Shown: positions 16,946 to 27,002 of the stretch, piece by piece
How positions within the stretch are numbered: position 1 is the first letter of the stretch
How the letters are laid out: the number at the start of each line of letters is the position of its first letter
DNA from: Phycisphaeraceae bacterium
GTDB lineage: Bacteria > Planctomycetota > Phycisphaerae > Phycisphaerales > UBA1924
Assembly: GCA_019636795.1 (NCBI GenBank)
Contig: JAHBWW010000006.1
Location: 39,253 to 103,252 of the forward strand
DNA length: 64,000 bases
Reading direction: 5' to 3'
Translations under genes and position numbers: made by a program
Notes under the pieces: generated by a model
Database searches by the model: none
Seen by the model: the letters and a program-made list of their open reading frames with translations, nothing else
What the model was told of the DNA's origin: nothing

Positions 16946-19495
16946 ATGAGTCAAAAGTGGCAGCGTAGCAAGGCATGGGACGATCAACACTTTCCGTCCT
17001 GGGCATGGCCCTTCAAATTTCTCCTCCGCGCCTTCAGTTCCATCACCCTCGCAGTCATCGTCCTCGTCGGCGTCGCGCTCTACGCCGTCTTCGCATCCGT
17101 CCCCATCGGCATGCTCGCGCTCATTCCCACGTGGCTCATCAAGGTCGCCACCCTCGTTGTTCCTTTCACACTCATCGCCTTCCTCATCGTCCTCGTCGCC
17201 AATCGCCTCCCCCTCAAACGCACGGTCCGCTTCCCCCTCGTCCTCGGCCTGCTCATCCTTGTCGGCGTCGCCGGCACATCCTTCTGGGCCGCCAACGTCT
17301 GGCCCGCGCTGCACTATGACGCCGCCACAAACTCCGGCTTTCGCCTCTTCCCAGCCTTCGTCAGTCAATATCAGGCCATCACGCTCCGCCGCCTGCCTCC
17401 ATTCGAAATGACCGAACTCGAGTTCTACTCCTGGTGGCCAATGCGGCTCCTGCTGATGACCTTCATCATCAACATGTTCATCGCCACCATCCGACGCATC
17501 GAGTTCACCTTCAAAAACATCGGCGTCCTCACCGTTCACACCGGCATCATCACCATCGCCCTCGGCAGCATCTACTACCAGAAACTCAAGAAAGAAGGCG
17601 ACACCCTCCTCATCTCAGGCCGCGATGTCAGCGGTGCCGCCGCAATCGGCCCGCCCCAGGCAACCTTCTACGACAACACCGCCGTCGTTCTCTACGTCGC
17701 GCAGGATCACACCGGTCTCGGGCCCACCGCATGGGAACAACGTCCCATCAAGCGACTCCCACGCTACAACGACTACGCCCTCGACGTCGGCGACGAGCAC
17801 GCACGCACCAGCCTCTGGCGCACCGGCTCAGCCTCCCCATGGCAAGGTACGCCACAACGCCCACTCAACATCCCACTCCCCCCGACCACACACCTCATCG
17901 ACGACGACATCAACTTCCGCATCGTCGGCTACTGCTCCTATGGCCGACTTCAAAGCGATTATCTTGAAGTCGCCGACTCCCCCAACTTCGCCCGCGCAAA
18001 CCCCCTCCGCGTCGTCTCCCTCTTCCTCAACATCCCCGATGACCAGGGACAGGTGCGCACAGGCCCCGCATTCGAATTCACGCTCCTCCCCAACGCGCCG
18101 ATCCAGCGCATCAGCGAAAACGAAGCCTTCGGCCTCGAATACACCATCGGCATGGACCAACGCCGATGGGACACCCTCGCCCTCGATCTCCCGCCAGACA
18201 CGTCACACGCCCTCTCCATCGAGATTCCCGGCGAACAACCCCTGCGCATCGTCACACCAATCGCAGTCGGCGACTCTCTCACCATCGGCGACTCCGGCTA
18301 TCGCATCCAGGTCGAACAGATTTCTCCCACGCCTCCGATGCCCATCATCACGCGTGGCTACGAAGACGCCCCCAGCGCCGTCGCCATCGTTCGCATCACC
18401 AACCCCGCCGGGCAGTCCTACACACGCTGGCTCTACAGCCGTTTCTCCGAAATCAATCAGGACATCCTCGACGCAGTGGGGGAGGGAGGCCGTCCCCTCC
18501 GCCGCACCGCCGACCCCGCGATTCTCATCGACTTCATCGATGCGTCACGCTTGCAGGTCTATCTCGACGAGCGCGAGGATGGATCCCTGCGCGCCCTCGT
18601 CCGTCAGATGGGCGGCGAACTGCGCGTGCTCGATCACGTACCCGCAACCGACCGCATCACCGACGTCGTCGATCGCGTCGATCTCCAGGTCACAACGCGA
18701 TGGCAGCACGCCGAACGCTTCGAACGCCCACGTCCCGTTCCACCAGAGCAGCAACAAACAAATCTCGTCGGCTCGCATCAGGAGGCCGCCGTCGCTGTCC
18801 AAGTCTCCGCCACCGTCCGAGGCGAGCAATGGGTCCGCACGCTCTGGGTCCCATTTTCGCAATACATGGGCATGGGCCCCGAGCGCGAGCGAGCCGTCAG
18901 GCTCCCCGATGGACGAGCGCTCAAACTCGCCTTCGGCCGCCGACAGCACCGCTTCCCCGACTTCCACGTTCAACTCGTCAACTTCGAAATGATCGCCTAT
19001 GACCATCGCGGCGCGCCACGCGACTATCAATCCACCCTTCGCGTCAGCCCCACAACATTCACCGGCGACTCCCCTTCATTCAACGCCTACGAACACATCT
19101 GCAAACTCAACGCCCCGCTCCGCGCCCCGTATCACTGGGATGACAGCCGCACTCTTGTCTACAACCTCTCACGCCGCTTCTTCGCCGGCATCAATCCCAA
19201 CCAGTACAAACTCAGCCAGTCCGGATGGGATCAGCAAGGCTGGAATCAGTCCCAGGAACTCGTCGACCAGGGAATCATCGACAAACCCCTCGCACAGTTC
19301 ACCATCCTCGGCGTCGGCAACAACCCCGGCATCCACGTCGTCGCGTTCGGCAGCATACTCATGGGTATCGGAATCCCCTGGGCGTTCTACATCAAGCCAT
19401 ACCTCGTCCGTCGCGAAGCCGATCGACTTCGTCAAAAGGCCGCTGCCCAACGCCACGCACCCGCACAACAGCCATTGCAGGAGGTCGGAGCATGA
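16946..19495 (+). CDS. resB: cytochrome c biogenesis protein ResB/Ccs1 (system II)
   Basis: N-terminal TM cluster, very large soluble region and a C-terminal TM (VVAFGSILMGIGIPWAFYI). The stop overlaps the ccsA start (ATGA). The call rests on architecture plus synteny. Confidence 0.75.
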   Translation: MSQKWQRSKAWDDQHFPSWAWPFKFLLRAFSSITLAVIVLVGVALYAVFASVPIGMLALIPTWLIKVATLVVPFTLIAFLIVLVANRLPLKRTVRFPLVLGLLILVGVAGTSFWAANVWPALHYDAATNSGFRLFPAFVSQYQAITLRRLPPFEMTELEFYSWWPMRLLLMTFIINMFIATIRRIEFTFKNIGVLTVHTGIITIALGSIYYQKLKKEGDTLLISGRDVSGAAAIGPPQATFYDNTAVVLYVAQDHTGLGPTAWEQRPIKRLPRYNDYALDVGDEHARTSLWRTGSASPWQGTPQRPLNIPLPPTTHLIDDDINFRIVGYCSYGRLQSDYLEVADSPNFARANPLRVVSLFLNIPDDQGQVRTGPAFEFTLLPNAPIQRISENEAFGLEYTIGMDQRRWDTLALDLPPDTSHALSIEIPGEQPLRIVTPIAVGDSLTIGDSGYRIQVEQISPTPPMPIITRGYEDAPSAVAIVRITNPAGQSYTRWLYSRFSEINQDILDAVGEGGRPLRRTADPAILIDFIDASRLQVYLDEREDGSLRALVRQMGGELRVLDHVPATDRITDVVDRVDLQVTTRWQHAERFERPRPVPPEQQQTNLVGSHQEAAVAVQVSATVRGEQWVRTLWVPFSQYMGMGPERERAVRLPDGRALKLAFGRRQHRFPDFHVQLVNFEMIAYDHRGAPRDYQSTLRVSPTTFTGDSPSFNAYEHICKLNAPLRAPYHWDDSRTLVYNLSRRFFAGINPNQYKLSQSGWDQQGWNQSQELVDQGIIDKPLAQFTILGVGNNPGIHVVAFGSILMGIGIPWAFYIKPYLVRREADRLRQKAAAQRHAPAQQPLQEVGA

Positions 19496-21252
19496 TGCGC
19501 ACGATGCGATTGATATCCACTCTGTTCGTTCTCGTTGCCTTTACCGCCTCTTCTGCCGCGCAGACCGCGCCCGCAGGTAACGCACACCCCGAATCTCAGG
19601 ACGTCTCTGCCGCATCTGTCCACGCCAGCGTCTTCGGCCAGGTTCGTCTCGATCAACCAGTCACGGTTGAACAAAAATCCGACTTCGCCAAATCCCTCGA
19701 CCTTCGCCCGCTCGAAGATCTCGCTGTCCTCCACAACGGCCGCGTCAAGATCATGCACACCCTCGCACGCGAGACCGTCCACATCGTCACCGGCTCGCGC
19801 GCATACTTCGACCTCATCCCAGGCCCCACCAATAAATCCATCAAATTCAAGTACGCCCCCCTCTTCACCCTCCTCGACACCATCATCGATCCTGTCTACT
19901 ACATCGACCGCCCCCTCATCCACGTCGACTATCTCCCACTTCGCCAGTCCTATCTCGATTTCGCTTTCAAGTCCGACGACCCCAAACGCGAACTCTGGCT
20001 CAAACTCACCCGCGTCTCGCCTCGCGTTGTCGATCATTTCTCAACCCCAATCTTCGAGGCTCATGGCGGCGACCCCACATACCGCCGCGGGCTCGACCGC
20101 GTCGAACGTGCAACGCGCCTCTTCCTCGGCTCCGAGCAGAACCTTCTCCTCGTCGCCCCCGAAATCAGCGACGCACGCTGGCAGCACCTCGCCGATCTCC
20201 CACCAGCTCACCCCGCACGCCAGGCCGCCCTCGCCCTCGGCCAGGCATGGCGCGCACGCGATGCCGACAGCGCCAACGCTGCAATCGTCGACCTCGCCGC
20301 CGTCCTCCCCACCATAAACCCCGCCGTCTACCCCACCGAGCGACGCTCTCTCGAACTCACCTACAACAAATCCAACGCCTTCGAACTCGGCTACTGGACA
20401 TACCTCGTCAGTTTCCTCATGCTCATCCTCGCCTTCGGCACCGGACGCAAATGGCTCATCGCAGGAGGCATCGCAACCCTCGTCCTCGCAATCGGTCTCC
20501 ACGGCTTCGGATTCATCACACGCTGCCTCATCGCCGAACGCTTCGCAATCCAGAATCAGTTCGAATCAATGACCGGCGTCAGCCTCTTCGCCGCACTCGT
20601 CGGCCTCGCTGTCATGCTCGCACGCCGACAATGGCTCTTCGGCGCCGCAGCCGCTGGCACCGGATTCCTCGTCCTCATCATGGCAACACAAACCGGAATC
20701 CCAGGCGCAAACATCGAACGCGAAGCCGCGATCCTCAACACCAGCGTCCTCCTCAAGTATCACGTCACCACCGTACTCACCAGTTACGGCCTCATCACCC
20801 TCGGCTTCATCATCTCCCTCTTCTACCTCGGCACTCACTACGCCACCAAACTCTTCGGCGAACGCGCCGACCTCGTCGCAGTCGCTTCCACCGCTGTCCT
20901 CGCTCCCGGCACCGGCACCGATGTCAACACCGGCCCGCAACGCACTCTCCGCGATCTCGATCGCGCAACCATGACCGTCCTTCAACTCGCATTCTGGACT
21001 CTCGGCGTCGGCATCCTCCTCGGTGCATGGTGGGCAGATCACTCCTGGGGACGTTGGTGGGCATTCGACCCTAAGGAAACTTGGGCACTCGTCACATGGA
21101 TCGTCTACCTCATCGTCATCCACGTCCGCCAGGCCGGCATCCGCAACCGAGGCCTCGTCACCGCATGGCTCAGCGTCGTCGGATTCGTCGTTATGCTCTG
21201 GACCTACTTCGGCGTCAACCTCCTCCTCCCAGGTCTCCACGCCTACGCATAA
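19492..21252 (+). CDS. ccsA: cytochrome c biogenesis protein CcsA/ResC (system II haem handling)
   Basis: ATG 19492 with signal-like MMRTMRLISTLFVLVAFTASSAAQ. Trp-rich WWD motif WWADHSWGRWWAFDPKETWALVTW. Multi-TM. Confidence 0.9.
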   Translation: MMRTMRLISTLFVLVAFTASSAAQTAPAGNAHPESQDVSAASVHASVFGQVRLDQPVTVEQKSDFAKSLDLRPLEDLAVLHNGRVKIMHTLARETVHIVTGSRAYFDLIPGPTNKSIKFKYAPLFTLLDTIIDPVYYIDRPLIHVDYLPLRQSYLDFAFKSDDPKRELWLKLTRVSPRVVDHFSTPIFEAHGGDPTYRRGLDRVERATRLFLGSEQNLLLVAPEISDARWQHLADLPPAHPARQAALALGQAWRARDADSANAAIVDLAAVLPTINPAVYPTERRSLELTYNKSNAFELGYWTYLVSFLMLILAFGTGRKWLIAGGIATLVLAIGLHGFGFITRCLIAERFAIQNQFESMTGVSLFAALVGLAVMLARRQWLFGAAAAGTGFLVLIMATQTGIPGANIEREAAILNTSVLLKYHVTTVLTSYGLITLGFIISLFYLGTHYATKLFGERADLVAVASTAVLAPGTGTDVNTGPQRTLRDLDRATMTVLQLAFWTLGVGILLGAWWADHSWGRWWAFDPKETWALVTWIVYLIVIHVRQAGIRNRGLVTAWLSVVGFVVMLWTYFGVNLLLPGLHAYA

Positions 21253-21262
21253 TCCCAGCACA

Positions 21263-21892
21263 ATGCCCACGCTCCGCAGACCCTTCTTCGCCAAACCCGC
21301 TGACGTACTGGCACGCGATCTCATCGGCTGTCGCCTCGTCCGCTTCTTCCCCAGCGGCTGCCGCGCCGCGGGCATCATCGTCGAGACCGAGGCCTACCTC
21401 GGCGCCGACGATCGCGCCTCACACGCATACAAAAACCGCCGCACACCGCGCAATGAACCAATGTTCATGCTCCCAGGCACCAGTTACGTCTACTTCACCT
21501 ATGGCATGCATTTCTGCATGAATGTCTCCGCGCTCGCCGAAGATCAGCCACACGCCGTCCTCATCCGTGCCCTCGAACCCATCGAAGGCCTCGACCTTAT
21601 GCACGCCAACCGCACCAAGCCAGGCGCAAAACCCCTCCGCGACCTCGACCTCTGTTCCGGACCCGCAAAACTCTGCAAGGCCCTCGCCATCGATCGCGAT
21701 CTCAACGCCATCGACCTTTGTTCGAGTTCTGTCCTGACTCTCCAGCGAGCCCGACGCATATCGGACGAGCACATCATCCGCTCCCCACGCATCGGCATCG
21801 CAAACGCCGCTGACTGGACTTCTCGCCCCCTGCGCTTCAGCATCCGCGACAATCCACACGTCAGTGTCCCCCCGCGCGCGCAGGTTTTTTGA
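21263..21892 (+). CDS. mpg: DNA-3-methyladenine glycosylase (Mpg/AAG family)
   Basis: ARDLIGCRLV, GIIVETEAYLGADDRASHAY, RNEPMFMLPGTSYVYFTYGMHFCMNV. Confidence 0.9.
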   Translation: MPTLRRPFFAKPADVLARDLIGCRLVRFFPSGCRAAGIIVETEAYLGADDRASHAYKNRRTPRNEPMFMLPGTSYVYFTYGMHFCMNVSALAEDQPHAVLIRALEPIEGLDLMHANRTKPGAKPLRDLDLCSGPAKLCKALAIDRDLNAIDLCSSSVLTLQRARRISDEHIIRSPRIGIANAADWTSRPLRFSIRDNPHVSVPPRAQVF

Positions 21893-21986
21893 ACCACCGC
21901 CCGATTTTATTGGTTTTTTCCACGCAAGCCGATACAGTTAGTTCTGATTCGACCGCGATTCCCGTCCTTCCAGAGGGAGGGTCAGC

Positions 21987-22430
21987 ATGTCCGAGGACTT
22001 CGACATCAAGAGCATCTTTCACCGTGCAGGCGGTTACGCTCCCGATGCCTACCGCTTCATCCGCGACGGCCTCAGCCACACCGATCAGATGGTCCACGGC
22101 CAGTCCGACTCCGCCGACTTCGATCGCCCCGCCGAAGACGAATCACGCCACGTCACCGGGCAGCAACTCTGCCTCGGCCTGCGCGACTACGCAATCCAGC
22201 GCTACGGCATGCTCGCACGCACCGTCCTGCGCCGCTGGAACATCCACGCCACCGAAGACTTCGGCCGCATCGTCTTCGCTCTCATCGACGCAAACCTCAT
22301 GCGCAAGACCGAACAGGATTGCCTCGATGACTTCATCGGCGTCTACGAGTTCGATGAAGAATTCACCGAGCCCGCACACACCACCGCCCCCGCGATCACC
22401 GATCTCGGCCTCTCCCACGGTCGCAACTGA
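21987..22430 (+). CDS. conserved hypothetical protein, Minf_1886-type (Planctomycetes/Verrucomicrobia family, recalled from memory)
   Basis: ATG behind GAGGGAGG. YAPDAYRFIRDGL ... RHVTGQQLCLGLRDYAIQRYGMLARTVLRRWNI..TEDFGRIVFALID resembles that family as I remember it. Confidence 0.5.
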   Translation: MSEDFDIKSIFHRAGGYAPDAYRFIRDGLSHTDQMVHGQSDSADFDRPAEDESRHVTGQQLCLGLRDYAIQRYGMLARTVLRRWNIHATEDFGRIVFALIDANLMRKTEQDCLDDFIGVYEFDEEFTEPAHTTAPAITDLGLSHGRN

Positions 22431-22453
22431 TCCGCCTCACACGCCGCGCGCCA

Positions 22454-23398
22454 TCAACTCCCGACAGTCCCCGCCGCGCGCTCACGAATGCCGTCAATCA
22501 TCTCCCGAATTTCCTGCGCCATGCGCGAGTTCGGAAACTCCGCGATGATTCGATCCCCAACATCCGCTGCCCGCGCCCATTGCCGATCCTGCACCGCCAG
22601 TTTGAACTGCACACCAAGATTCTCGCGCGCCTTGCCGATCACCCCCTTGGCAACCTCCCGATACGGCTCGGCCTCCGGCTCCGTCAGGTAGTGATCCAAT
22701 TCCTTCAGCAGCGACAACGCCTCCTCAGCCCGGTCCTGTTCCGACGCCAGCAGAAACCGACGCTCAAGATCCTGCTTATACCGCGCCTGTGCCTGCACCA
22801 CACGATGCCGCAAGCCCTCAATCCGCGGCGAATCCGGGTACAGCCGCGAAATCCGCGCCGCTTCCGACAACGCATCTTCCCACCGCCGACCCACAATCAT
22901 CCCGTCAAGCCCCCTGATCGCCTCATCCACACGCCGCTCCAGCGTCTGATACCGCGCCGTCTCGATCCGAGAGCGAAAGTTCTCCGCGTCCGTTCGATAC
23001 CCGAAACGCTCCGCCAGTTCCTTCACCAGCACCATCGCCGCGTCCCAGTCCTCAGCCGAAATGTCCTCCTCGATCGCGCGCCGCAGCAACTCACGCTCGC
23101 GCCCCCGATTCAGCACCCGTCTCGCATCATCCGACAGCACCTGCTCCTTGGCAAGCTGCTCAATCGCGCGCACCAATTCCCCGACATCCGTCTCCGCCGC
23201 CGCGCCCCCCGAGCCTCTCGCACCCAGCACGACCGCAATCGGCGCGCTCCCCAGAAACACAATCAGCCCGATCGTGCTCAACGTAATGCGCGTGCTGTCT
23301 CCATCGCGCATGCCCAGCAGCAGGCTCCACACGCACGCCCCGATCAGCACCAGGTAGAACAGCGAAATCACCCACAAAGTTCGCGTTGTCGCATGCAT
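22454..23398 (-). CDS. membrane-anchored helical-repeat (TPR-like) protein, function unknown
   Basis: Two N-terminal TM helices, then a ~240-aa Arg/Glu-rich helical region with repeated ..A..L..L....P.S.... units. Composition looks coding. Confidence 0.5.
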   Translation of the reverse strand: MHATTRTLWVISLFYLVLIGACVWSLLLGMRDGDSTRITLSTIGLIVFLGSAPIAVVLGARGSGGAAAETDVGELVRAIEQLAKEQVLSDDARRVLNRGRERELLRRAIEEDISAEDWDAAMVLVKELAERFGYRTDAENFRSRIETARYQTLERRVDEAIRGLDGMIVGRRWEDALSEAARISRLYPDSPRIEGLRHRVVQAQARYKQDLERRFLLASEQDRAEEALSLLKELDHYLTEPEAEPYREVAKGVIGKARENLGVQFKLAVQDRQWARAADVGDRIIAEFPNSRMAQEIREMIDGIRERAAGTVGS

Positions 23399-23417
23399 GC
23401 CCGCACTCCTTTGCCCG

Positions 23418-23786
23418 TCAACTGCCCGGAACAGGGTCCCCGCAATTTCGCGTCACTGGCACGATACAAAGAAAACGCAGCCCCTCACTCCCTGTTGCCT
23501 GAAACTGGTGCTCCGAATCCGCCGGAACGTAAATCACATCCCCCGCACGGATCGGTCTCATCGCCCCCTCAAGCAGCACCTCGCCACTCCCCGCAACGAT
23601 GTACACCTCGTGTTCGTAATCATGCGAATGCCGGGGCGTGTGCCCGCCGGCTTCCACCTCAAACTGCCGCAACGAAAAATTCGGAGCCCCATCCTCGCGC
23701 CCGACCATGATCGCCATGGTCGCGCCCTTCACTCCATCCATCTTCACCGGCGTGCGCGGCGTCTCATTGATATTGCGAATCAGCAC
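23418..23786 (-). CDS. cupin-domain protein
   Basis: GGHTPRHSHDYEHEVYIVAGSGEV and IRAGDVIYVPADSEHQF, the two cupin motifs. GTG start. Confidence 0.8.
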   Translation of the reverse strand: MLIRNINETPRTPVKMDGVKGATMAIMVGREDGAPNFSLRQFEVEAGGHTPRHSHDYEHEVYIVAGSGEVLLEGAMRPIRAGDVIYVPADSEHQFQATGSEGLRFLCIVPVTRNCGDPVPGS

Positions 23787-23853
23787 AGTTCACTCCAGCC
23801 ATATTCAGTCCAGCCCACTTTGATCCAGCACCATTGTACCTACACTGCCCGCG

Positions 23854-24519
23854 ATGCATCCAAAAACGCACACATCACCCGTCATCGAGCCATTCCCCCT
23901 CGGCGAGTTCCAGACCAACTGCTATCTCGTCCGCCACGCCGACCCCACACACTCCAACGCCTGCTGGATCGCCGATGTCAGCTTCTCCCCCGCACCCCTT
24001 CTCGATCGCGTCGAAGCCCTCGGCCTCAACGTCCAAGCCATCATCCTCACTCACGCACACGTCGATCACATCGCCGGCCTCAACGAAGCAATCGACCGCC
24101 TCGGCCCAATCCCGATCTGGATTCACGAGGCCGAACGCGATTGGCTCTCAAACCCCGTCCTCAATCTCAGCACGCCTCTGGGCCTCGCCATCACCGGCCC
24201 CGCCCCCGCACGCTTGCTCAAACACAACGAATCACTCACCCTCATCGGCGAACCATGGCGCGTGCTCCACATCCCCGGCCACTCGCCAGGCAGCATCGCT
24301 CTCTATCACGAACCCTCACGCCAGATCATCTCCGGCGATGCCCTCTTCGCAGGCTCCATCGGACGCACCGACTTCCCCAACTGCTCCTTCGAACAGCTCG
24401 CACACTCCATCCGCACACATCTCTACACACTCCCCGACGAGACCCGCGTCTACCCAGGCCACGGCCCCGACACCACCATCGGCTTCGAACGACGCACCAA
24501 TCCCTTCGTGCGCCCCTGA
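23854..24519 (+). CDS. MBL-fold metallo-hydrolase (glyoxalase II-like)
   Basis: ILTHAHVDHIAG (HxHxDH), HIPGHSPGS, GDALF.GSIGRTD. Confidence 0.85.
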   Translation: MHPKTHTSPVIEPFPLGEFQTNCYLVRHADPTHSNACWIADVSFSPAPLLDRVEALGLNVQAIILTHAHVDHIAGLNEAIDRLGPIPIWIHEAERDWLSNPVLNLSTPLGLAITGPAPARLLKHNESLTLIGEPWRVLHIPGHSPGSIALYHEPSRQIISGDALFAGSIGRTDFPNCSFEQLAHSIRTHLYTLPDETRVYPGHGPDTTIGFERRTNPFVRP

Positions 24520-24521
24520 CT

Positions 24522-25052
24522 TCACCGCATCGCCGAAGGCAGCCCCATCACACGCCTCCACGCGCTCACCTGCCCAAGGTGCATCATCGCGTGCCCACCA
24601 AACAGAAACATCGTCGCAGCACCCATCGTCGGCATGATCTCGCTGAACCGCCCACCCGCAGGGTTCGGAGCCTTGAACTCCTCTTCCGTCATCGCCTCAA
24701 CCACCACCAGCGCCGCCCGATGCCACTCGAGCATCGACTTCACCAGCTCATCCTTCCCTGGATAAATCGTCCCCTCCGCATCATCCCGACACTCCGCGCC
24801 CGCCTTGAACAGGTCGTTCCACGCCGCCGGAGGCGTTAAAGTGCTCGCATCCTTCCCCGCAAGCCCCAGCACTCGCGCCGGATAGATCGCAAGGTGTCCA
24901 TACACAAAAGCCGGATGATTCGTCACGACTCGCTTGCCATCCGCCATCGGCTGACGCGCAAAAATCTTCGCGTCAACATCCGCAGCCAAAACTTCCGCCA
25001 GCCCAAGCATGCGCTCCGCCGTAATCCTGATCGTCGTTCCCATGAAACTCAT
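24522..25052 (-). CDS. DinB-family protein
   Basis: 176 aa, helical, with C-terminal GGHAMMHLGQVSAWRR typical of the DinB/YfiT superfamily. Confidence 0.65.
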   Translation of the reverse strand: MSFMGTTIRITAERMLGLAEVLAADVDAKIFARQPMADGKRVVTNHPAFVYGHLAIYPARVLGLAGKDASTLTPPAAWNDLFKAGAECRDDAEGTIYPGKDELVKSMLEWHRAALVVVEAMTEEEFKAPNPAGGRFSEIMPTMGAATMFLFGGHAMMHLGQVSAWRRVMGLPSAMR

Positions 25053-25079
25053 CGCAACACTCCTTGTTCAAATCTCGCC

Positions 25080-26144
25080 TCACGCACCAACATACCGAGC
25101 GTAGATCGCCCGCGCCCGCTCAGCCGATCGCACCCCACGCACCAGCGCACGCCCATCCTCAAACACCGTCAGCCCGATCGCTTCGCCTTCTTCACCACGC
25201 TCTTCATCAAGCTCACCCGTCACCACCATCTCCGCGACACGAAACCGTCCCACGCCCCCAAGCCGACGTGCAAGCGCCACAAGGTCCACCCGCGTTTCCA
25301 TCGGCGGCGAAACCTGCACCACCCCGCGGCCACACAGCGACACCGCCGCACCCTCATGCCCTGCGCCCTCAAGAAACTCATACCGCCCAAGCCCGCAGCA
25401 CGGACACGCCGCATCACGCGCTTCACGCAGATCCAGCCGCGACCGCGTTCCCTCCCACAGATCAAACGTCAAAAGCGACGGCATCAACTTCTCCCTCAGC
25501 CCCAGCAGAATCTTCAACGCCTCGGCCGCCTGATACCCCGCCACAATTGACACCGCAGGCCCCAGCACCCCCGCTGTATCGCATGTCGGCTGCGAACCCG
25601 CCGCAGGCATCTCCCGAAACACGCACCGCAAACACGCCGTCTCCCCCGGCAGCACGCTCATCGACATCCCACTCGCCGCCACCACGCCCGCATACACAAA
25701 CGCAATCCCGTGCTTCACCGCAACATCATTGAGCAGATACCGCGTCTCGAAGTTGTCCGTTCCATCCAGAATCACGTCCGGCTTCCAATCGCCCGCAATC
25801 AATCGCTCCGCGTTCAAGGGCGAAAAGTCCGCAACCACGCTGCGCACGCGCACGCCGCTGTTGATCCTTGCAAGATGCCGGCGCGCAGCCTCCGCCTTTG
25901 GCGATTGCTCTGCCGCATCACGCTCATCAAACAGCACCTGCCGCTGAAGGTTGGTCAGTTCCACCACATCGCGATCAACGATCGTCAGCCGCCCGACCCC
26001 CGCACGCACCAGCATCTCGCTGCTCACGCACCCAAGCGCCCCACAACCCACCACCAGCGCATGCGACTCAAGCAGCCTCGCCTGGCCGCCTTCGCCAACT
26101 CCCGCCAGCAGCATCTGCCGCTGATATCGTGACACTTCGCCCAT
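25080..26144 (-). CDS. ThiF/MoeB-family E1-like adenylyltransferase with ~100-aa C-terminal extension
   Basis: YQRQMLLAGVGEGGQ..L....ALVVGCGALGC (Rossmann). CxxC pairs CLRC and CPCC. Confidence 0.85.
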   Translation of the reverse strand: MGEVSRYQRQMLLAGVGEGGQARLLESHALVVGCGALGCVSSEMLVRAGVGRLTIVDRDVVELTNLQRQVLFDERDAAEQSPKAEAARRHLARINSGVRVRSVVADFSPLNAERLIAGDWKPDVILDGTDNFETRYLLNDVAVKHGIAFVYAGVVAASGMSMSVLPGETACLRCVFREMPAAGSQPTCDTAGVLGPAVSIVAGYQAAEALKILLGLREKLMPSLLTFDLWEGTRSRLDLREARDAACPCCGLGRYEFLEGAGHEGAAVSLCGRGVVQVSPPMETRVDLVALARRLGGVGRFRVAEMVVTGELDEERGEEGEAIGLTVFEDGRALVRGVRSAERARAIYARYVGA

Positions 26145-26207
26145 ATCAAAGCGTAGGGCTCACGCAGCGCGCGTCAGCCCGCCAGGCACTCGTCTCGCAG
26201 GCTGTCC

Positions 26208-26744
26208 CTACCGACGCCGACGCAACGCACACAACCCCGCAAGACCCAGCAACCCCGCCGACGCCGGCGCAGGCACATACGCCCGCCTCCACGACACGGC
26301 TCCACCACCCTGAATCCCCACACCCCAACTCGTCACCATGAAGTCCACATACGCATCATGCGCCTGAAGGTACATCACCGAGTTCATCCCGACAATGTTC
26401 GGCGTAAACGCTGGCTTCGCGTCCTCCCACACATCAAAATCCCCCAGCACGATCGAACCCCCGATCACATCCGCCACCGTCCCGCCAAAGTACCACAGCG
26501 TCCCCATCGGGCTCACCGTTCCCACATACCAGGGCTCCTGAATCGGGTTGTAGATCCCCGCCAGATTGCTCCGCGTCAGCGCCACATCGCTCGTGATCAC
26601 ATCCCAGTTCGCCGCATCATTCGGATCGGCAAACGCAGCCTTGGTAAACGTGACCGTCCCGCCCGAATACTGGAAGTACGACTGCCCGCACGCACCCGCT
26701 GCAACGCCCGCCACAGCCGCACATGCCAACATCGCCTTGTTCAT
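26208..26744 (-). CDS. PEP-CTERM-anchored secreted protein
   Basis: Signal peptide MNKAMLACAAVAGVAAGACG. C-terminus VPAPASAGLLGLAGLCALRRRR. Confidence 0.75.
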   Translation of the reverse strand: MNKAMLACAAVAGVAAGACGQSYFQYSGGTVTFTKAAFADPNDAANWDVITSDVALTRSNLAGIYNPIQEPWYVGTVSPMGTLWYFGGTVADVIGGSIVLGDFDVWEDAKPAFTPNIVGMNSVMYLQAHDAYVDFMVTSWGVGIQGGGAVSWRRAYVPAPASAGLLGLAGLCALRRRR

Positions 26745-27002
26745 GGAAACGCCCTCTCATCTCTCGCATAGCCGTCAGGCCAACGCCGAATCACGCTCGA
26801 CTGGCCAACCCTCATCTCTCCAATACCGTACCGCATCCTCCCCAATCAGTCAAAGCAAAAACCAGCAGATTGCCTGTCTTTACACCCAACCAATCCCCTC
26901 CACCGGCCACGCCGTCGGCGATAACACACCAAAACCCACGACATGCAATCTCGCCGCCTTCTTCGCCAAATATCCATAAAACCGTGAACGACCAGCCGCA
27001 CA

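Noticed and set aside
16859-17539. 226-aa highly acidic (Asp/Glu/Gly) minus-strand ORF
   Set aside because: It is antisense to the 5' part of resB. The acidic low-complexity sequence is the complement of the hydrophobic Leu/Val/Phe-rich TM coding region.
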